Source: a virus (lineage: Duplodnaviria > Caudoviricetes). From it: DNA of 61,321 nt. Numbering within the stretch: position 1 is the first letter of the stretch; each line of letters starts with the position of its first letter. The translations under genes and the position numbers were made by a program. The notes under the pieces were generated by a model that saw nothing but the letters and a program-made list of their open reading frames with translations, had not been told where the DNA came from and did not search any database. Below are positions 55,987 to 61,321 of the stretch, piece after piece. The stretch is from positions 1 to 61,321 of the IMG/VR virus record IMGVR_UViG_3300032134_000002. The stretch is one strand, 5' to 3'.

Positions 55987-58907
55987 CGCGACGCACCGGG
56001 CTACCTGCTCTACCACAACTACCAACATCGGTTGACCCCAAGTTACGTCCTATATTGGCTGCAATAAAAGAGGCCCTAGAAGTTCAGATCGGGCATCGCG
56101 GTGAAGACGTGGACAAGGCAGTAACGTTTCGTGATCTGATTGACAGCGGTATTGTGAGTCTCCCATCAGGGGCCATCGCTGGTGGTGGCACGATCCTACC
56201 GATCACAAATCCAGGGGACCTTACAACCCCCCCTGTGCCTAGAAACCTAGCAGCCAATGGCACATTCACTAATGTGATTTTGTCATGGGACGGCGGGTTC
56301 AGGCACCCGCTTGTGGCAGCAACTGAGGTATTTAGGCATACGTCCGATGACCTCACAGCGGCGGCTCATATTGGTAGTACTCCCGCACACATATACGTTG
56401 ACACAGTTGAACCAGGCACAACGCACTTTTACTGGGTTAGATTCCGCTCACCGGCGGATGTTGCTGGTCCTTATAATGGTACAGCGGGCACCTCTGCTAC
56501 TACCAGCAAAAAAGTAAGTGACCTGCTAACTGACCTCAATGACGCCATTGGGCAGACACACCTGTCGACTGTGCTTTCCACTGAAATCGATGCGATACAA
56601 ATCAACGGCAACAACATTACCGCCGAGGTAGCTGACCGTATCGCGGCTATTTCGGGAGAAGCTGCTAGCAGGGCAACAGCTATTTCGGGAGAAGCTGCAA
56701 CGCGTCTTGCGGACATAAACGCTGAAATCTTAGCGCGAACAACGGGGGATGGGGTACTCCAAGGGAATATCGACACTGTATCGGCCACGGTCACCACGCA
56801 GGGTACCAACATCACAGGGAATGCGAATGCAGTTGGAGCTTTGGTTATTCGCGTGACGGATAATGAGGGTGACATTTCGACTAACGCTACTGATATTACG
56901 GCGTTGGAAACCACGGTTAACAATCCCACTACGGGTGTAGCCGCTTCGGCCAGTGGGCTCACAGCGTTGGAAACCACAGTTACAACGCAGGGCAGCGACA
57001 TTTCGACTAACGCTACTGATATTACGGCGTTGGAAACCACGGTTAATAACCCCACTACGGGTGTAGCCGCTTCGGCCAGCGGGCTCACAGCGTTGGAAAC
57101 CACAGTTACAACGCAGGGCAGCGACATTTCGACTAACGCTACTGATATTACAGCGTTGGAAACCACTGTTAACAATCCCACTACGGGTGTAGCCGCTTCG
57201 GCCAGCGGGCTCACAGCGTTGGAAACCACAGTTACAACGCAGGGCAGCGACATTTCGACTAACGCTACTGATATTACAGCGTTGGAAACCACTGTTAACA
57301 ATCCCACTACGGGTGTAGCCGCTTCGGCCAGTGGGCTCACAGCGTTGGAAACCACAGTTACAACGCAGGGCAGTGGTATTTCGACTAACGCTACTGATAT
57401 TACGGCGTTGGAAACCACTGTTAACAATCCCACTACGGGTGTAGCCGCTTCGGCCAGTGGGCTCACAGCGTTGGAAACCACAGTTACAACGCAGGGCAGC
57501 GACATTTCGACTAACGCTACTGATATTACGGCGTTGGAAACCACTGTTAACAATCCAAATAGCGGTGTAGCCGCTTCGGCCAGTGGGTTAAATACACTTA
57601 GCACAACCGTAACCACGCAAGGCTCTGAAATAACGGCCCAAGCAACTGACATCACTACCTTGAACACCACCGTTGGTGATCATTCGTCGTCGATCGCGAC
57701 GCACACATTGTCTATCGCAGGCATCAGTGCTGAGAACTACGTCAAGGTTGATGTGAACGGTAACGTCGCGGGTTACGGTATTTACGGCAGCTCGACGTCC
57801 AGTGAATTTGCCGTCAACGCAGGCGTATTTAAAATCGCAGATGGGTCGAGTTCAGTGCAACCGTTCGCAGTGATTACCGGCGCGGGTTTGACGGTAGCGT
57901 TGAATGGCACACAATACACGAACACGACGCAGGCTTGGCAGCAGTCCAACCATCCCACAGGTCGGTGGTTCGCCGCTGGCACCTACATTGACACAGCGCT
58001 GATCGCGGAGGCGTCAATTGACGCGGCTAAGATACATAATTTAACCGTTGATTTTGCGAATGTAACAGGTACGTTAACAGCTTCCCAAGTCAGTGCTATC
58101 ACTGTGACGGGTAGCATGATTGCAGCTAGTCAGACTATAGTTTCCCCGACAATCTATGGCGGGACAATCACTGCGGGTACGTCCTTAACCTCCCCGGTTA
58201 TTAATGGCGGAACAATCACTGGCGCATTAGTGCTATCTGGATCTACAGGTCTTATTACCGAAGCTGGTGGGTCGCATTACGGCTACAACACCGCTGTTAC
58301 TATGGACGTAACTGCTACATCCACGGCAGCGACTACTCAAGCGCAGGGCAACATAAAACCCTATAACTACCAATACACAACACCCCCTAGCCCCGCGTTG
58401 AAATCACCCGCGTCTAATCTTTGGCGCTACCGCAGACAGAACGTATCTCCAGATTTATCAGGGTCGGTGTATATCACGAACGTGGGGGGATTAATCAACT
58501 CTAATGGTAATTCCACTCAAACACATTGTACGGTTACGATTAAATTACGCGAAAAGGTGTCAGGGACAGTTCGTAGTACGAAGGCATTCAATATCAACTC
58601 ATTTAATAGCGGGGATGATGCGACAAAAACACTGACATTGACAGGGAGTAACGGCGGATACAGCTACACCCTTATCCACCAGTACCGTACAGAGACAGGG
58701 TCAGATGGCCATACTACATACTACTATCATCGCATGGTTCCGCACACGATGACATTCACTGCCACGCCTACGGGCACGGTTGCTTTCAATGATTCGACGA
58801 GCACAGGGATGGTAGCCGAAGTAGTCATAAGCAACATCGCCACTGCTTACGCTAGCGTCGGTAATCGAACCATCCGTATACAGGATACCGCTGTAAATGA
58901 CTATTAA
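55983..58907 (+). CDS. Tail spike/fibre protein with coiled-coil shaft
   Basis: FN3-like N-terminus (YWVRF), 42-aa repeats, NGNVAGYG and YIDTALI.EASI host-specificity-J-like motifs. Confidence 0.75.
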   Translation: MTRRTGLPALPQLPTSVDPKLRPILAAIKEALEVQIGHRGEDVDKAVTFRDLIDSGIVSLPSGAIAGGGTILPITNPGDLTTPPVPRNLAANGTFTNVILSWDGGFRHPLVAATEVFRHTSDDLTAAAHIGSTPAHIYVDTVEPGTTHFYWVRFRSPADVAGPYNGTAGTSATTSKKVSDLLTDLNDAIGQTHLSTVLSTEIDAIQINGNNITAEVADRIAAISGEAASRATAISGEAATRLADINAEILARTTGDGVLQGNIDTVSATVTTQGTNITGNANAVGALVIRVTDNEGDISTNATDITALETTVNNPTTGVAASASGLTALETTVTTQGSDISTNATDITALETTVNNPTTGVAASASGLTALETTVTTQGSDISTNATDITALETTVNNPTTGVAASASGLTALETTVTTQGSDISTNATDITALETTVNNPTTGVAASASGLTALETTVTTQGSGISTNATDITALETTVNNPTTGVAASASGLTALETTVTTQGSDISTNATDITALETTVNNPNSGVAASASGLNTLSTTVTTQGSEITAQATDITTLNTTVGDHSSSIATHTLSIAGISAENYVKVDVNGNVAGYGIYGSSTSSEFAVNAGVFKIADGSSSVQPFAVITGAGLTVALNGTQYTNTTQAWQQSNHPTGRWFAAGTYIDTALIAEASIDAAKIHNLTVDFANVTGTLTASQVSAITVTGSMIAASQTIVSPTIYGGTITAGTSLTSPVINGGTITGALVLSGSTGLITEAGGSHYGYNTAVTMDVTATSTAATTQAQGNIKPYNYQYTTPPSPALKSPASNLWRYRRQNVSPDLSGSVYITNVGGLINSNGNSTQTHCTVTIKLREKVSGTVRSTKAFNINSFNSGDDATKTLTLTGSNGGYSYTLIHQYRTETGSDGHTTYYYHRMVPHTMTFTATPTGTVAFNDSTSTGMVAEVVISNIATAYASVGNRTIRIQDTAVNDY
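56871..57588 (+). repeat. 126-bp tandem repeat, about 5.7 copies
   Basis: Unit starts at 56871, 56997, 57123, 57249, 57375 and 57501. Confidence 0.95.
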
Positions 58908-59433
58908 ACAATACACTGCCGCAGGGCTGCGCAAAACAACCAGTGATGGCCTCTCTGATGAATGGTTAGCGGCGATAACCCCTGCATTCCCCGACGTACT
59001 TACTGGGGCGTATTGTCTTTATTCAACAAAGCTCTCAGAAACCGTGTACGAAGTAACGATCCAAGGCGTCCACGCGAAAAGTTTGCCCGTATCGGGCGCT
59101 AAACTCACAGCCTTTTATAAACTGATTCTGGATACAGCTGCGGGAACGTCAACAGTTGAAGTTTATTATTGGGGGATCGCGTGTGATATTCCAGAAGAAC
59201 ATATCCCCATCGGTGCACCTCCATCGGCACTGGGGTCTTCGATCTTACATAGTTCACCTGAAACACTGAGCCTATACCTCGCACTGGATGGTGGTATCCC
59301 TGATGCCGAACTCAACAGGGTACTGAGTTTGTGGGGGTTGGAAGAAGTACCTAACGAGGCCCACATTGCTAAGGCTGATTTCATTGATGGTGTTTTTGTC
59401 GGCGCTACTTACTATACGTGGGTGAAAGTATGA
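58897..59433 (+). CDS. Hypothetical protein
   Basis: Overlapping junctions; same strand. Confidence 0.65.
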   Translation: MTIKQYTAAGLRKTTSDGLSDEWLAAITPAFPDVLTGAYCLYSTKLSETVYEVTIQGVHAKSLPVSGAKLTAFYKLILDTAAGTSTVEVYYWGIACDIPEEHIPIGAPPSALGSSILHSSPETLSLYLALDGGIPDAELNRVLSLWGLEEVPNEAHIAKADFIDGVFVGATYYTWVKV

Positions 59434-60062
59434 TTAATTTAATTAACAAAAACATCCAAGCGTACCACTTTTCAGATCAGCATCGCGTGATACTAGCCAC
59501 AGGTTTCCGTGCAGGGTGTGGACAGTCGGTACTGGCGCACAGTATCGCCACATTCTTATCAAAGCAAGGGCATAGTGTTGCGCTCGTTAGCCCTGAGAGC
59601 AACGGTGTAAACTCGAAGGGTTTCACTCAGTACATGAGGGCCGCATTAGGTAAAACCAATGATCTCCCCTACAGCCTGAAGTCAATTGGCGACGATGTTA
59701 CCTCGTTTGACAGGGTCATCTATGAGTCGTTGCTCTCGGAGCCACAGGAAGTGGGCATGTGTGTTTACATTACCCCTGAATTCCAAGAGGACGCTGAGTT
59801 AGGTATCAGTTGCCCAGAAGCCACGCAGTTTCGCGCAAAAGTACAGGCAGCTCTTGCTTCGCGTTGGCCTGACATACAAACAGAATTTACCCCCATACAC
59901 AGCGCCACGCTAGCCCCGCAACAAGAACTCTTAGCCCAAACGGATTGGATGGTTATACGCGAACTAGAGCGGCGCTTTTTATCAGGTAGCTCTATTGAAA
60001 TGCTACGCCGTTATTTACGCGACGCAAAACTCGATGGATGGAGACCTGGAACACGAATTTAA
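59430..60062 (+). CDS. Hypothetical protein: degenerate P-loop-like N-terminus and TDW chaperone-like C-terminus
   Basis: ATGFRAGCGQSVLA..LSKQG.SVALV; LLAQTDWMVIRE. Confidence 0.55.
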   Translation: MINLINKNIQAYHFSDQHRVILATGFRAGCGQSVLAHSIATFLSKQGHSVALVSPESNGVNSKGFTQYMRAALGKTNDLPYSLKSIGDDVTSFDRVIYESLLSEPQEVGMCVYITPEFQEDAELGISCPEATQFRAKVQAALASRWPDIQTEFTPIHSATLAPQQELLAQTDWMVIRELERRFLSGSSIEMLRRYLRDAKLDGWRPGTRI

Positions 60063-60088
60063 ACCATCACCCACAGAAGGAATTGACC

Positions 60089-60814
60089 GTGTCATCTAAG
60101 CGACAACGCAACACTCAAGAAGCACGTACGAAATCCACCGAAAAATTTGCAGAGGAACGTCAACGCCCACCCCTACAACCGAAAACACCGAACCAGGATA
60201 AATATTTAAAAGCGTTAAAAAATCCCCACTGCCCAGTGATCATTGCATCAGGTGTGGCAGGCTCAGGTAAAACCTATCTGGCGTGTGCCTATGCCGCAGA
60301 TCAATTCCTACAAAACCGCGTACAGAAGATCATCCTGTGCCGCGCAAACATTCCCACTGGCCGCTCGTTGGGCGCATTCAAAGGTGACAAAGACGATAAA
60401 ATGTTAAATTGGGTCATGCCTATGGTGGATGTCTTGAAACAACGCATGGGGTCAGCGCGCTTTGAGATCGCCCTGAATAATGGCGACATTGAACTGCAAC
60501 CGCTAGAGACTATTCGTGGCCGTAGCTTCGGTGGTGAAAAGGAAGGCGCTGTTGTACTGATCGACGAAGCACAGCAGATGACGGTTGAAGAGATCAAAGC
60601 CGTGACCACACGGATCGGTGAGAACTGTATGTTGGTGCTGATGGGTGACTTAGCCCAGTCGGACATTAAGCAGGCGTCCGGTCTCGGCGTGCTGATTAAG
60701 CTACTTGATAAACATCAGCTGCCCATTACTGTTGTCGACTTTGAAATAGCAGACATCCAACGCAGCGATACCTGTCGTATGTTTGTTGAACTCTTCTACA
60801 AAGAGGGTATATAA
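60089..60814 (+). CDS. phoH: PhoH-family ATPase
   Basis: LQPKTPNQ, GVAGSGKT, IRGRSF, IDEAQ, TRIGE, GDLAQSD and DIQRS motifs. Confidence 0.93.
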   Translation: MSSKRQRNTQEARTKSTEKFAEERQRPPLQPKTPNQDKYLKALKNPHCPVIIASGVAGSGKTYLACAYAADQFLQNRVQKIILCRANIPTGRSLGAFKGDKDDKMLNWVMPMVDVLKQRMGSARFEIALNNGDIELQPLETIRGRSFGGEKEGAVVLIDEAQQMTVEEIKAVTTRIGENCMLVLMGDLAQSDIKQASGLGVLIKLLDKHQLPITVVDFEIADIQRSDTCRMFVELFYKEGI

Positions 60815-60815
60815 C

Positions 60816-61037
60816 ATGGAATCTTTTTTCAGTGCATTGGCCTTTTTAATTGAGGCCCTAACGATCGGCGGCATCGCCGCAGTGATCCTAGCAGTGGTTG
60901 GTATTGTGCCCATTAAGGTTTACAGGTACATTGAGATACACGTTAGCGATAAGGAGGAGGCGGCACGGATTTTGAAATCGTGGGGCCTCGAATTAGGTAG
61001 TGATGAGGAAGATGACGACGAGGGCGAGGACCAGTAA
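60816..61037 (+). CDS. Small membrane protein with acidic tail
   Basis: GAGG SD; hydrophobic N-terminal half. Confidence 0.6.
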   Translation: MESFFSALAFLIEALTIGGIAAVILAVVGIVPIKVYRYIEIHVSDKEEAARILKSWGLELGSDEEDDDEGEDQ

Positions 61038-61041
61038 AAAA

Positions 61042-61074
61042 CGGACGCACTAACGGACGCAGTAAGAAATTGCA
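61042..61074. promoter_or_regulatory. Right att arm: putative integrase arm-type sites
   Basis: CGGACGCACT and CGGACGCAGT 12 bp apart, then GTAAGAAATTGCA, matching 177-216. Confidence 0.7.
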
Positions 61075-61093
61075 CCTGATTGTAAGTAATTGC

Positions 61094-61128
61094 TTTACAT
61101 TGTTTTTAATTGCACTATAATAGCCTCC
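61094..61128 (+). promoter_or_regulatory. Outward sigma70 promoter candidate
   Basis: TTTACA-N16-TATAAT followed by AGCCTCC. Confidence 0.65.
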
Positions 61129-61149
61129 ATAGCGGATCGGGAAATCAAC

Positions 61150-61162
61150 TAAGTCGTTGATA
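61150..61162 (-). promoter_or_regulatory. IHF site
   Basis: TATCAACGACTTA on the minus strand is an exact WATCAANNNNTTR match. Confidence 0.65.
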
Positions 61163-61194
61163 AGTATGGAGATTTGGCATAGCTTAGGCTAACG

Positions 61195-61213
61195 AATCCC
61201 GTCCGTTCCGCCA
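61195..61213 (+). repeat. attR core (displaced tRNA-Asp 3' end)
   Basis: Identical to 109-127. Confidence 0.95.
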
Positions 61214-61285
61214 TTTATTTTTTTGTTCGTTATAAGCCACCTTGAACTTGGCTTATAGTTAAAAAATAAATAGCACTTAGTACAT

Positions 61286-61321
61286 GGGTGATTAGCTCAG
61301 TTGGGAGAGCATCTGCTTTAC
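61286..61321 (+). tRNA. Host tRNA-Val (TAC), cut by the window edge
   Basis: GGGTGATTAGCTCAGTTGGGAGAGC...TTTAC. Confidence 0.85.

Larger units (their letters stand above)
109..61213. mobile_element. Integrated temperate podovirus-like prophage, apparently complete
   Basis: 19-bp direct repeats at both ends, adjacent integrase, full replication, packaging, head, tail and lysis modules with no obvious broken core genes. Confidence 0.95.

Noticed and set aside
56471-57670. 399-aa minus-strand ORF
   Set aside because: Antisense shadow created by the stop-free tandem repeat
46195-58907. Diversity-generating retroelement or invertible tail-fibre shufflon
   Set aside because: No reverse transcriptase or invertase ORF, the repeats are direct, and no adenine-specific TR/VR mismatch pattern was seen
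61231-61257. TATAAGCCA...TGGCTTATA as another operator
   Set aside because: The spacer is far longer than 3 bp and it lies outside attR; more likely a host RNA hairpin

Overview
The window is almost entirely one apparently intact ~61.1-kb temperate podovirus-like prophage. It is integrated into the 3' end of a host tRNA-Asp(GTC) gene: a 19-bp core AATCCCGTCCGTTCCGCCA occurs at 109-127 and 61195-61213, and a host tRNA-Val(TAC) begins at 61286. The left arm has a tyrosine integrase on the + strand, followed by a ~24-kb minus-strand early region. That region encodes a PrtN/Xis-like protein, an HTH-S24 repressor, a resolvase, an SSB-like protein, an SNF2 helicase, a Cas4-like nuclease, a primase-helicase, a CsrA homologue, a family-A DNA polymerase, a SleB-type hydrolase, an M28-like peptidase, ArdA and many small genes. 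The right arm (+ strand from 25761) encodes terminase, portal, scaffold, major capsid, adaptors, ejected internal proteins, two modular tail fibres, a lysis cassette, tail proteins and PhoH. The strongest unexplained signals are: (1) a 15-bp palindrome ATWAGC-N3-GCTWAT found 16 times across early and late regions, alongside a repressor whose S24 catalytic residues appear lost; (2) three ACGAYA-loop hairpins in the capsid leader, in a phage carrying a divergent CsrA; (3) a stable-RNA-type promoter and tRNA-like fold at attR; (4) an iteron-like repeat field; (5) a strongly G-depleted leading region; and (6) near-identical DNA linkers bordering diverged tail-fibre modules. All functional calls come from motif recognition by eye; no searches were run.
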